Assembly (NCBI GenBank): GCA_944371905.1
Contig: CALVYA010000004.1
Span: forward strand, 9,078-73,077
Direction of reading: 5' to 3'
DNA length: 64,000 nucleotides
Origin: an uncultured Bacilli bacterium
Lineage (GTDB): Bacteria; Bacillota_I; Bacilli_A; RF39; UBA660
How positions within the stretch are numbered: the stretch's first letter is position 1; every line of letters starts with the position of its first letter. Positions 41,609 through 51,338 of the stretch are shown here, piece by piece. Position numbers and translations under genes: made by a program. The notes under the pieces are model-generated. The model made no database searches and was not told the origin of the DNA. It worked only from the letters and a program-made list of their open reading frames with translations.

Positions 41609-41725
41609 GAAAAATTTTTAAGGACCTTACATTATTTGACAGGGTATCATATTCTATAATTTTATTTTATCAAACATTCAGTTTCTTTAAAATACTCCTA
41701 CACCCTATATTTCTCGACAAAAAAA
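41578..41725 (-). repeat. ~148-bp conserved upstream element shared with 31440-31586
   Basis: Colinear non-coding alignment. Confidence 0.85.
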
Positions 41726-41745
41726 TAAAGAACCCAAATAGTTCC

Positions 41746-42702
41746 TTATTTTACTTTACCTAAACTTTTTAAGTGATATCTTCCTACTTCATCTTGTGTA
41801 AAAACATACTTATATTCCGTAAAATGATCTAATTCTTTTTCTATCTCTTCTTTATTTAAAGTAGCAACACCATTTTTTATGGTTGCATCAAAATTATCAA
41901 TAAAATTCTTAAATTCGATATTCTTATATAATTTAATTTGACTACTATTTTCTGGTGCTACTTGAAGGAAAGCAACTTTCTCATAAATTTCAATGGTATT
42001 ATCAACTTTTTTAGCTTCACTATAATAATTAATATACATCTGTTCGCTTTTCATAAATCCACTAGAAAGACTTTCTTTTGATATTTCAATCGTACCTTCT
42101 ACGTCATTATATCTTATTAATGGATAAGTTGGTAACGAAGAAATATTTATTACATATGGTCGAACCTCACTAATATCTTTTGGTAACTCATCTAAATTAT
42201 CTCCAAAAACATCACTTATCAATCGAATCACATCTAAACTATCAATTACATAGCCTATTTCATAGCTTACACCATTATATTCTAATGTTTCATTTCCATT
42301 ATACTCATCATAATCAGATATTTTACTTAACAATAGCATCATAATTAAATTACTATCTAAATTGTTAACATCTCTCACAGTCTTTAAACGATAAATATTA
42401 GTCTCAATACTATTTTCATCTAAAGATTTACTAGTCTCTAAACTACCATTAGTTTTACTTATTAGACTTAATAACTCCTCTATTTCTTCCTCTTCCATAT
42501 CTAATTCTTCTTCTGTTGGTTCTTGCTCTTCTTCTGGATTAGAACTAGGATCTTCTTCTTCCATGATTTCCTCTTCCTCATTATTTTTATCTTTTCCTTT
42601 GCTTTGGCTTACACCAATAGCAATCATTAAAACAATAAGTGCAATGACTACAATAATTATTAAAATTGCTACTATTTTTCCTGGTTTCCTTTCCTCATCC
42701 AT
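41746..42702 (-). CDS. Hypothetical membrane-anchored extracellular protein
   Basis: N-terminal TM helix, acidic linker. Confidence 0.7.
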   Translation of the reverse strand: MDEERKPGKIVAILIIIVVIALIVLMIAIGVSQSKGKDKNNEEEEIMEEEDPSSNPEEEQEPTEEELDMEEEEIEELLSLISKTNGSLETSKSLDENSIETNIYRLKTVRDVNNLDSNLIMMLLLSKISDYDEYNGNETLEYNGVSYEIGYVIDSLDVIRLISDVFGDNLDELPKDISEVRPYVINISSLPTYPLIRYNDVEGTIEISKESLSSGFMKSEQMYINYYSEAKKVDNTIEIYEKVAFLQVAPENSSQIKLYKNIEFKNFIDNFDATIKNGVATLNKEEIEKELDHFTEYKYVFTQDEVGRYHLKSLGKVK

Positions 42703-42722
42703 TTCTATTCTCCTTTACTAAT

Positions 42723-43748
42723 TTAATCTAACTTATTTAATTCTTCTATTGCTTCATCAAAAGTATCTACTCCTATTATTTTTATATCATATCCTTTTTC
42801 TTTTTGCAACTGAATACATTCTTCATAATTACTTCCGTTAGGAACGATAAAAACATCTGCTTTCTTTTTTACTGCTCCTAATAATTTATACTTCACTCCA
42901 CCTATTTCTCCAATGTTTCCTTCCATATCAATAGTTCCTGTTCCTACTATTTTTAATCCATGAGTAATATCTTCTTCTGTTAGTCTATTATAGATAGCTA
43001 AAGCTAAAGTAAATCCTCCGGAAGGACCAGTTTCTGTCTCTTTAAAAGAAAGAGTAATTTCTGGATCTGTTTCATAATCTAGCAAATCAAAGAAAGCAAG
43101 GCCAGTATATTTTACTCCTCTTTCCTCATAGATAGGAGTAGTAATAGATATTTTTTTATCTTTTCTTTTTAACTTGATATTAACCGTATCTCCTACTTCT
43201 TTTTGATTTACATATTCACGAAATAAATCGAGATCTACTGTATCTAAATCATCTACTCCAAGCAATTCATCCCCTACTCTAATCTCTTCACTTGCTCTTT
43301 CATCAACAAAATATACATAATAATGATGCTCATTTATTTCGAATTCTTTCCCTGCTTTTTGATAGGCAACATAAATCGCTGACTGATTTGCCTCTTGTAA
43401 ATACATCTTATCTCTATTATTAATATCCTCTATTGTCTCTTCTTCATTAATTTGATAACTATCAATTTCAATTCTCTCCCAAGTAGGAATAATAAAACTT
43501 AATAAATATGTGGGAATAGTAGCACGTAATTCTGAGACATAAGCAAGATTAAAAGATCCTTCCTCAGGATAACTATTCTCGATACTAACACGATCCCCTA
43601 CATCGATCGTTCCTCCAGATACACATATATAGTAAGGTAGTGGAAACGTCATTATAATATAAAAAATAATTAAAAATATAATCTCTTTATAGTTTTCTTT
43701 TATAAATTTTTTTACTTTCTCATATATTTTATTAATCAATGAAATCAC
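42723..43748 (-). CDS. ylbL: PDZ + Lon-like (S16) protease, YlbL/SepM family
   Basis: LPYYI..GG, GPSGG..LAL, GTGTI, IGGVKYK, FIVP. Confidence 0.88.
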   Translation of the reverse strand: MISLINKIYEKVKKFIKENYKEIIFLIIFYIIMTFPLPYYICVSGGTIDVGDRVSIENSYPEEGSFNLAYVSELRATIPTYLLSFIIPTWERIEIDSYQINEEETIEDINNRDKMYLQEANQSAIYVAYQKAGKEFEINEHHYYVYFVDERASEEIRVGDELLGVDDLDTVDLDLFREYVNQKEVGDTVNIKLKRKDKKISITTPIYEERGVKYTGLAFFDLLDYETDPEITLSFKETETGPSGGFTLALAIYNRLTEEDITHGLKIVGTGTIDMEGNIGEIGGVKYKLLGAVKKKADVFIVPNGSNYEECIQLQKEKGYDIKIIGVDTFDEAIEELNKLD

Positions 43749-43783
43749 ATCCTTATTTAATTATAACAGAAAGACTGATAATT

Positions 43784-44752
43784 ATGAAAACAAAAATAAC
43801 AAGTTTACTTATTGTTGTACTATTAGTAATTACTACTATATTATTTTTAACTTTTCCAGAAGATGTCATGTCTTCAGTTAGCTTTTCTATTTCTATTTGG
43901 AAAGATACGCTAATTCCATCTTTATTTCCTTTCTTTTTAATTTCTGAATTATTAATTCATTATGGGTTTATTGAATTATTAGGTGAAGGATTAAGAGGTT
44001 TTATGAATAAAGTATTTCATTTACCGGGGGAAGCATCTTTCGTCTTAATTGGAAGTTTAATATCAGGGTTCCCTAGTAGTAGTAAATATATTAGTGGACT
44101 ATTAGATGATGGGAAAATTAATATTCAACAAGCTTCTTATTTATTAAAATTTAATCATTTTTCTAATCCTTTATTTGTAATTGGAACTGTAGGTACCTTA
44201 ATGTTAAATAACAAAAGTATTGGGATCTTAATTTTAATCATACATATATTATCCAATTTTATCGTAGCAATGATTTATCGTCCTAAATATTGTAATGATA
44301 CCCCTGCAAAATCATCTTTTTTTATAGGAATTAGTCGCATGCATAAAAAAAGAATAGATAATAATACTTCCTTCGCTTCCTTTCTTACTGAAAGTATTTT
44401 TAAGATATTTCAAACTTTATTATTACTATTGGGAATCATTACTAGTTTTTTAATTATTACTACGTTATTAAAAAAGGTTTTAAACTTAGATAGTATGTCC
44501 TTTTCTATTTTAAGCGGTCTTTTAGAAATGACACAAGGAATAAAAAATATATCTTTATTAGATATATCTCTTAGTATCAAAGCTAGTATTATTACTTTTT
44601 TTATTTCTTTTGGGGGATTTAGCATCCATATGCAAGTACTTTCTATTTTATCTAATTATAAAATAAAGTATCTTCCTTACCTTTTAGCAAGACTAGTTCA
44701 TGCTATCATTGCTAGTAGTATTATTTTCATCCTTTTAACCCTAGTTATTTAA
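43784..44752 (+). CDS. ylbJ: Sporulation integral membrane protein YlbJ-like
   Basis: LIPSLFPFF, SGFPSS, FSNPLF, GLLEMTQG, GGFSIHMQV; adjacent to ylbL. Confidence 0.85.
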   Translation: MKTKITSLLIVVLLVITTILFLTFPEDVMSSVSFSISIWKDTLIPSLFPFFLISELLIHYGFIELLGEGLRGFMNKVFHLPGEASFVLIGSLISGFPSSSKYISGLLDDGKINIQQASYLLKFNHFSNPLFVIGTVGTLMLNNKSIGILILIIHILSNFIVAMIYRPKYCNDTPAKSSFFIGISRMHKKRIDNNTSFASFLTESIFKIFQTLLLLLGIITSFLIITTLLKKVLNLDSMSFSILSGLLEMTQGIKNISLLDISLSIKASIITFFISFGGFSIHMQVLSILSNYKIKYLPYLLARLVHAIIASSIIFILLTLVI

Positions 44753-45287
44753 CCCCAGTAGTTACGACATCTATTACAAATTCATCATCCAAATCTTGAT
44801 GATCAATACGTAATTTTATATGATATATTACTCCATATTCTAAATTATCAGTACTAACAGAAGAAGTTAAAATATAATCATCTACCACATTAGCAAATTT
44901 AGGATCTGGATTATCATATTTTACTCCACCATATAGAATATAAAATGTTGGTATTTCAAAGTGACCATCCATGATCACATCTTCTACTACTTTTAATTGC
45001 TTAGTAGCACCATCTAGAAATTTAATATCGATACATTGTTTAATGATGGAATTATCATTATTTCTACAAAAATCAATAGAATCTACTTTACGATCTACTG
45101 TATCTTGATAAATATCTTGTGTTAAAGTATTTTGTAGTGTCAATAGATCTCTTCTTACAGATTCTTCTTGCTCTCTATTACGATAATTATTGACAAGAGC
45201 AAACATTGCTACTGCTAAAAACATAACTAGAGCAAAACTTAAAATTAATTCAATTACAGTAAAACCTTTATTATTATCCAACATCAT
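44745..45287 (-). CDS. Type IV pilin-like protein
   Basis: Class III signal KG|FTVIE + hydrophobic helix. Confidence 0.8.
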   Translation of the reverse strand: MMLDNNKGFTVIELILSFALVMFLAVAMFALVNNYRNREQEESVRRDLLTLQNTLTQDIYQDTVDRKVDSIDFCRNNDNSIIKQCIDIKFLDGATKQLKVVEDVIMDGHFEIPTFYILYGGVKYDNPDPKFANVVDDYILTSSVSTDNLEYGVIYHIKLRIDHQDLDDEFVIDVVTTGVK

Positions 45288-45861
45288 AACGCACCTCTAT
45301 ATTTGAAAATCTTCCATCATTAAATACTACTATCATTCTATAATAACTATCATATCTACTAGAATACTTTCCATAATCAGGAAGATAATCTACGTATTCT
45401 CTCAATGCTCGATCAAAATTCTTATTGTCTTTGACTTCATTTTTAAAACTTCCTAATTTAAACGGCGTTACAATGACTTCCTTGACATTTAAATAATCTT
45501 CACTAAATAATTTATTGCAATAATTAGGAGAAGTTAATAATGAACAAAGACGATTTTTAGTAACAACATCATCTCCTACCGTTTCATTATAATTTTGATA
45601 ACGATAGTAGCCACTATTACCTGAAATATGACTAGAAAATATACTAGTTAAATTAGCATCTTTATCAAATTCTCTTAGAAGCATTTTTCTAATTTCATGA
45701 GCTTTATATTTGGTATCTACATTATCGTAATCACTTACCCGTTCATAATCAGCGATCAATGGCAAAAAATTTGTAAATAAAAAGGTACATATCCCTATTA
45801 CAAATACTGCAACAATAATAGTTTCAACCATTACAAACCCCTGGTTGTCAATCTTTTTCAT
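45274..45861 (-). CDS. Type IV pilin-like protein
   Basis: Class III signal QG|FVMVE + hydrophobic helix. Confidence 0.75.
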   Translation of the reverse strand: MKKIDNQGFVMVETIIVAVFVIGICTFLFTNFLPLIADYERVSDYDNVDTKYKAHEIRKMLLREFDKDANLTSIFSSHISGNSGYYRYQNYNETVGDDVVTKNRLCSLLTSPNYCNKLFSEDYLNVKEVIVTPFKLGSFKNEVKDNKNFDRALREYVDYLPDYGKYSSRYDSYYRMIVVFNDGRFSNIEVRYDVG

Positions 45862-45955
45862 TTTTTCACTTACCTTTATTGATTATATCTTGAATCTATT
45901 ATATAATAAATTAGAGTAAAATACTATAGAGAAAATCAAAAAGGGGCTAAAAAGT

Positions 45956-47323
45956 ATGGTAGAATATGATTTACAACATGTACCAATAGTAGATATTGTT
46001 AACCAAATTATATTGTATGCTGCACAACATAATGCTAGTGACATACATTTGGATCCTAGGGAAGATTGTCTAATGATTCGTATGCGTATGGATGGACAAT
46101 TAAGAGACCATACTATGATTCCTAAAGAATATGAACGTAATTTAACTACTAGGGTAAAACTGATATCTAATATGAATATTACGGAAACAAGATTACCTCA
46201 AGATGGAGCCATTAAAGGACGTATTGAAGGAAAAGATTTAGATATGCGTGTATCTGCTCTACCTACTAATGAGGGAGAAAAAGTAGTTATTCGTATTTTG
46301 GATTTTACTAAAAGCTTGACAGGAATGGATAGTTTAGGTTTTTCTCCTAAAAATTATAAATTAGTTAGTAAGATGATGGAAGTACCTAATGGTATCATTT
46401 TAGTTACTGGTGCTACTGGTAGTGGTAAATCTACTACTACTTATTCCATGTTACAAGCACTAAATAAAGAAGAAACCAATATTATTACCGTAGAAGACCC
46501 AATAGAAATGAATATTGAAGGAATTAACCAAGTACAAGTAAATAGTGATATTGGATTAACTTTTGCCACCGTTTTAAGATCTATTTTAAGACAAGATCCT
46601 AATATTATTCTAATAGGAGAAATTCGTGATTCAGAAACAGCAAAAATAGCTGTTCGTGCTTCTATTACTGGTCACTTAGTACTATCAACTATCCATACTA
46701 ATGATTCTTTAAGTACTATTGAAAGATTACTAGATATGGATGTAGAACGATATTTATTGTCTAGTGCATTAACTGGTATTATTTCTCAAAAATTAGTAAG
46801 AACTCTTTGTCCTTATTGTCGTAAAAAAAGACCTGTCACTCCTTATGAAGAACATTTTTTTAGAAGAGTGTTAAATAAATATGTTCCTGAAGTATACGAA
46901 CCTGTGGGATGTGAACACTGTAATCACGGATTTAGAGGCCGTATGGCTGTACATGAAGTTTTATATATTACTGATCACTTGAGAGATGTTATTAGTGATC
47001 CTAGTATTGATAAAGAAGAATTAAGAAAAATTGTTTATAATGGAAGTACTACTACTCTACTACAAGATGCTTTAGAAAAAGTAATTGAAGGATATACAAC
47101 TTTTAATGAAGTGGTACGTATCGTTGAAGTAGATGCTGATTTAGAAAAAAGTATTTCAACTGAAGTGGAAGAAGAAACTGTTTCTAAATATGAAAAAGAG
47201 GAAGAAGAGAAAGAAATATATGAAATTATTGATGCGTATGAATTAGAAGTCATTGATGCTTATGCTGTTGAAATAGAAATTATCGATATGTATGATAGTT
47301 TTAGATTAAATTATGGCACTTAA
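45956..47323 (+). CDS. PilB/GspE-family secretion or pilus assembly ATPase
   Basis: ASDIHLDP, GATGSGKS, TVEDPIE, LRQDP..GEIRD, HLVLSTIH, CPYC..CEHC zinc motif. Confidence 0.92.
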   Translation: MVEYDLQHVPIVDIVNQIILYAAQHNASDIHLDPREDCLMIRMRMDGQLRDHTMIPKEYERNLTTRVKLISNMNITETRLPQDGAIKGRIEGKDLDMRVSALPTNEGEKVVIRILDFTKSLTGMDSLGFSPKNYKLVSKMMEVPNGIILVTGATGSGKSTTTYSMLQALNKEETNIITVEDPIEMNIEGINQVQVNSDIGLTFATVLRSILRQDPNIILIGEIRDSETAKIAVRASITGHLVLSTIHTNDSLSTIERLLDMDVERYLLSSALTGIISQKLVRTLCPYCRKKRPVTPYEEHFFRRVLNKYVPEVYEPVGCEHCNHGFRGRMAVHEVLYITDHLRDVISDPSIDKEELRKIVYNGSTTTLLQDALEKVIEGYTTFNEVVRIVEVDADLEKSISTEVEEETVSKYEKEEEEKEIYEIIDAYELEVIDAYAVEIEIIDMYDSFRLNYGT

Positions 47324-47353
47324 AAAACCTTTGCGAAAAATCGTAAAGGTTTT
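47324..47353. terminator. Bidirectional terminator between the PilB-like ATPase and paralog 3
   Basis: AAACCTTTGCGA-AAAA-TCGTAAAGGTTT between convergent genes. Confidence 0.75.
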
Positions 47354-47358
47354 ATTTT

Positions 47359-49848
47359 TTAATCCGTTAGAATTATATATGGATCATTTTCTGTACCATT
47401 ACCTGATATCCACTCTACATTAGATTTTAAATTAATTACGGCACGAACACTTAACAAGTAGTTCAATCTGCGTATATCTAAATTACCATCATTACCTACT
47501 GTAAAATTATATGCATAATTACGATCTATTTCACTACCACCATTTTCTAAAGAAACATTGCTTGGTGTCATCGTCCAATACTCACCTTCAGAATATAAAT
47601 AATAACTATCATTTGATTTACTTATTACTCCTCCTGCATATGCTACTTCATCTAAAGATATTAATCCAACCGGATAATCTAACGCTTTATTTCCCTTTGT
47701 ACTACTAGATGTAGTATATAAATCATTACTTTGTGGACACGCAAACTGTGGTGTTTTATTATTATATAATCTATTGTATGCTCCATAGTAAGTAGTAGTT
47801 TCCGCAATTCCTGTCCCACTAGATAAGCTCCTATCTCCACAAAATCCTGCATCTGCTAAATAAGAAGCATAATCCAATAGATTTTCTTCATACCAAGTAT
47901 CTAATACTGTCTTGATTCTACTATCATTGATATTAGCATGTGTTGCTGAATAACTACTACTTCCTGTCTCTCCATACATATATCCTACATGGGCATTATT
48001 ATTATAAACAATATTAAACACACTATTTTGAGTTTCAATTTCAGCGTCTTGTTTATCCATAATAATTCGAATAGAACCGTCTTCATTAATTCTTATAATC
48101 CTCCAGTAAAATCCTGCAAATTCTACATAGTTATTTTCTACTGCTCCCCTAAAATAATAGGTGGTTTTATTATCTTCTGTATTTTCATTGGTATAATATA
48201 ATCCTTGTCCATTAGTACTACTACTTATTTGACTAAAATTGATATTACTATCACTTTGTTCATTATTGTCTTCTAATATTTGATCTTTTAAATATGCCGG
48301 TTGTTTTATATTCCCTTTTAATGTGGTTATTACTGGTCTTACTCGATAATACGAAGTTGGCGTTGCTTGCGATAAACTACTCCCATTAAAGTAATATACA
48401 TTATTTCCTATTTTCGTCATCAACCAATATCCATACCCATTGGCTACTTTTACCCAACTTGGTATTTCACTTCCCTTCTTCGTCATTTTATCATATTCTT
48501 CTTTGGTTAATAACCTAGCTTTCGTACTGGCTTCTTTTCCTCCATTATTTTTTATACTATTCTTAATATAACTTTCTACGGTATTCTTTACATAATATCC
48601 TATATTATTACTATCATAGGGATCATATTCGTTGGTATTATTACTATCAAAAGACCTCCCTGCTACCGATGGTGGTACTGCTACGCTCCCATTACTTGCT
48701 GCTAAGTTCTCACTCATTAATGTTACCATCGCATTTCCTGTCCCACTATCTTTGGTTACATACCATATCGTTCCATCTATTAGTTCCACTTTCTCTCCTA
48801 CTTCATATCTTTTATGCTTTTCCAAATTACTCTTTGCTACTGTGATTACTGGTCTGATTCCACTTTCAATAGTATCATCTATTTTAAATATAAAAGTTTC
48901 TTCTTCTACGTAACCTATAACATAATAACTATTTGATCCATTTATTAATGATAATTCATGTTCTTCTCCTAATAACCATTCTGCTATAGTAAACTTCTCA
49001 CTGGAAGCCGAGTAATCTTTATTTGCATCATAGGCTATCCCTGATAACTTTGCTATCTCTTCCATCGTTGGTAATCTTTTTGTTAATACTTTACTTTTGT
49101 TATAGTATACATTTGCATAGTTATTTAAGGCGGTTTGGGCTCCACTGGCTGTCGATGTCGTTACGGCTTCATCTGCTATCATTTGTACTGTAGTAGCACT
49201 TGTTGTGTCATTCGTGGTTACTATGTAATATAATTTCTCTCCATTCCCTGCATTATACATCACTGCTTCTCCTGGTTGATATACTACATTTTCTGTATCT
49301 GATGTGGAATCTCCTGAATTTCCTCCTGTTGTCCCACTATTTTCTACATAAATAAAGGTTAGCATTAATTCTTTTTTTGTTTCACTGATATTCGTTACTC
49401 CATTTTTATATTTAATTGTTACTTTGGCTGTATTGGTTTCTCCTGGGGCTAAGGTCGTTACTTCTTCTAATACCCCACTAATTTCATAGGTGATATTACT
49501 ATTCTCATCTTCAATTATTTCAATGTCATTTAATTTGGCTGGAATATTCCCTTGATTAGATAAAGTAATAGTATAAGTGATGGTAGAACTTGACGTTGGT
49601 AAGTTAGCATTTAAGGTTACTGTATTACTTACATAGTTACTACTAATACTACTTGCTCCATTACTTGTGGTATTAGTAACGTTCGTTACTTTTACTATCC
49701 AGCTTCTATCAATACTTGCTATTCCATCTAGTTCTACATATTGACTTAAGGCAGCATACCCTAGACTCATTACAAATACCACAAGACATAAGGATAACAC
49801 TAATATTCTTTTCTTATCAAAAAATCCTTTAATTTTCCTTTTCATCAC
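47359..49848 (-). CDS. Secreted TasA-like / multi-CLec-like surface protein, paralog 3
   Basis: SLGYAALSQY signal; N-terminal domain near-identical to paralog 1; three modules ending IRPVI, VRPVI, VRAVI. Confidence 0.8.
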   Translation of the reverse strand: MMKRKIKGFFDKKRILVLSLCLVVFVMSLGYAALSQYVELDGIASIDRSWIVKVTNVTNTTSNGASSISSNYVSNTVTLNANLPTSSSTITYTITLSNQGNIPAKLNDIEIIEDENSNITYEISGVLEEVTTLAPGETNTAKVTIKYKNGVTNISETKKELMLTFIYVENSGTTGGNSGDSTSDTENVVYQPGEAVMYNAGNGEKLYYIVTTNDTTSATTVQMIADEAVTTSTASGAQTALNNYANVYYNKSKVLTKRLPTMEEIAKLSGIAYDANKDYSASSEKFTIAEWLLGEEHELSLINGSNSYYVIGYVEEETFIFKIDDTIESGIRPVITVAKSNLEKHKRYEVGEKVELIDGTIWYVTKDSGTGNAMVTLMSENLAASNGSVAVPPSVAGRSFDSNNTNEYDPYDSNNIGYYVKNTVESYIKNSIKNNGGKEASTKARLLTKEEYDKMTKKGSEIPSWVKVANGYGYWLMTKIGNNVYYFNGSSLSQATPTSYYRVRPVITTLKGNIKQPAYLKDQILEDNNEQSDSNINFSQISSSTNGQGLYYTNENTEDNKTTYYFRGAVENNYVEFAGFYWRIIRINEDGSIRIIMDKQDAEIETQNSVFNIVYNNNAHVGYMYGETGSSSYSATHANINDSRIKTVLDTWYEENLLDYASYLADAGFCGDRSLSSGTGIAETTTYYGAYNRLYNNKTPQFACPQSNDLYTTSSSTKGNKALDYPVGLISLDEVAYAGGVISKSNDSYYLYSEGEYWTMTPSNVSLENGGSEIDRNYAYNFTVGNDGNLDIRRLNYLLSVRAVINLKSNVEWISGNGTENDPYIILTD

Positions 49849-49951
49849 TTAATTCACTCACTTCTCCACACCTATTATAAATTCATTATACCCCTATCTT
49901 CTATCTTATTACAATAAAAAAAGTAACTATTTTCTAGTTACTTTACAATTA

Positions 49952-50647
49952 TTATCTACAATAAATTAAAGGATTATCACTAATGAGATAGACTCTATTA
50001 ATATTAGCTTTTAATTTATCTTTTAACTCTTTAAATTGCTTTTTTGTATTAATTGTCCACACCATAATCGCTTTTTTATCCTTTAATTTATTATTTACGA
50101 TATCATTTGTAATTATATATTGAGAAATCGAATAGAAATCAAAATCTAAATTTAACAAATCTTTATTAAAAGTATCAATTAATATTCCCACAGGTCGATT
50201 ACTATATCTTTTTAAATAATTAACAATATCTAAAGAAAAACTTTTTAACCAGATATTTAATAATGGATAATTATTTACGATTTCTATTACTTTACTTGCT
50301 AATACATCATTTTTCTCACGTTCATCCTTCAATTCAATAATGAGTAAAGTAGAAGGACTAATTTTATCTAATACTTCGGAAAGACTATTCACTGTGGATG
50401 GTTTTACAACCGTACCATAATTAAATCTTTTCAATCGTTCCAAAGACATTTCGTTAGTTCTTCCTCTTCCGTTACTAACTACATCAATATATTCATCATG
50501 AATTACTATCACTTTGTTATCCTTGGTAAGTCTTACATCAATCTCTACTCCATCGATATCTTGGTGCCTACTACCTAATTCAATTGCTTCTAACGTATTT
50601 TCTTTAGTATTTTTCGAGTGAAGACCTCTATGAGCGATGAGATTCAT
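49952..50647 (-). CDS. Glycerophosphodiester phosphodiesterase family
   Basis: IAHRG, KENT, EIDVRLTKD..VIHD, IELK, VWTIN. Confidence 0.9.
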   Translation of the reverse strand: MNLIAHRGLHSKNTKENTLEAIELGSRHQDIDGVEIDVRLTKDNKVIVIHDEYIDVVSNGRGRTNEMSLERLKRFNYGTVVKPSTVNSLSEVLDKISPSTLLIIELKDEREKNDVLASKVIEIVNNYPLLNIWLKSFSLDIVNYLKRYSNRPVGILIDTFNKDLLNLDFDFYSISQYIITNDIVNNKLKDKKAIMVWTINTKKQFKELKDKLKANINRVYLISDNPLIYCR

Positions 50648-50656
50648 TATTACCTC

Positions 50657-51328
50657 CTAACTATGTAATATTATATTCATAATTTCTTGATTAATGTCAG
50701 GAATACTTCTAAGTTTATCATCTTTGATACAATTAATATACTTCCAATTATATAAACCAACTAATTCTAAATAAGCTCTCTCTGCATTTTTTAAGTGTTC
50801 TTCGTCTTTTTCGGCTTTATCTAAAGATGCTCTATTTTTCTTTAACTCTTTAGCATAAGCAAAAGGAACATGTAAAAAAATAGTAATATCTGGTTTAGGT
50901 AATCCCATTAACCAATAATTTAATTTGTCTATCCATTGATATGTTTGAAAACGTTCTTCTTTATCTATAATTTTACTCCCCTGATGCCCTAAACTACTAG
51001 TAACATAACGGTCTAATATGACATAATATCCTTTTTCTAAGTAATTATGAATCATATTAATATTATATTTAAAATCAGCCGTGTAATAAAGACAAGAGAC
51101 CTTCGGATCTACTTTAGTTGGTCCTTCTTCAAAATAACATTCTCCTATCTCCTCTTTTCCTAAAAAAGGACCTCCTATTATTTTACCCGTAGGACTATCA
51201 TAATTAGGAAACCCTAACGTAAAACACTTGTATCCTCGGCTTTTCAAATTTTCTACTAACAAATTACTCTGCGTCTCTTTTCCAGAACAATCTGTTCCTT
51301 CAATAACAATCAATTTACCTCTTTCCAT
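50657..51328 (-). CDS. tmk: Thymidylate kinase
   Basis: IEGTDCSGKETQ, FPNYDS, LDRYVTS, PKPDITIFL. Confidence 0.9.
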   Translation of the reverse strand: MERGKLIVIEGTDCSGKETQSNLLVENLKSRGYKCFTLGFPNYDSPTGKIIGGPFLGKEEIGECYFEEGPTKVDPKVSCLYYTADFKYNINMIHNYLEKGYYVILDRYVTSSLGHQGSKIIDKEERFQTYQWIDKLNYWLMGLPKPDITIFLHVPFAYAKELKKNRASLDKAEKDEEHLKNAERAYLELVGLYNWKYINCIKDDKLRSIPDINQEIMNIILHS

Positions 51329-51338
51329 ATAAACCTCT

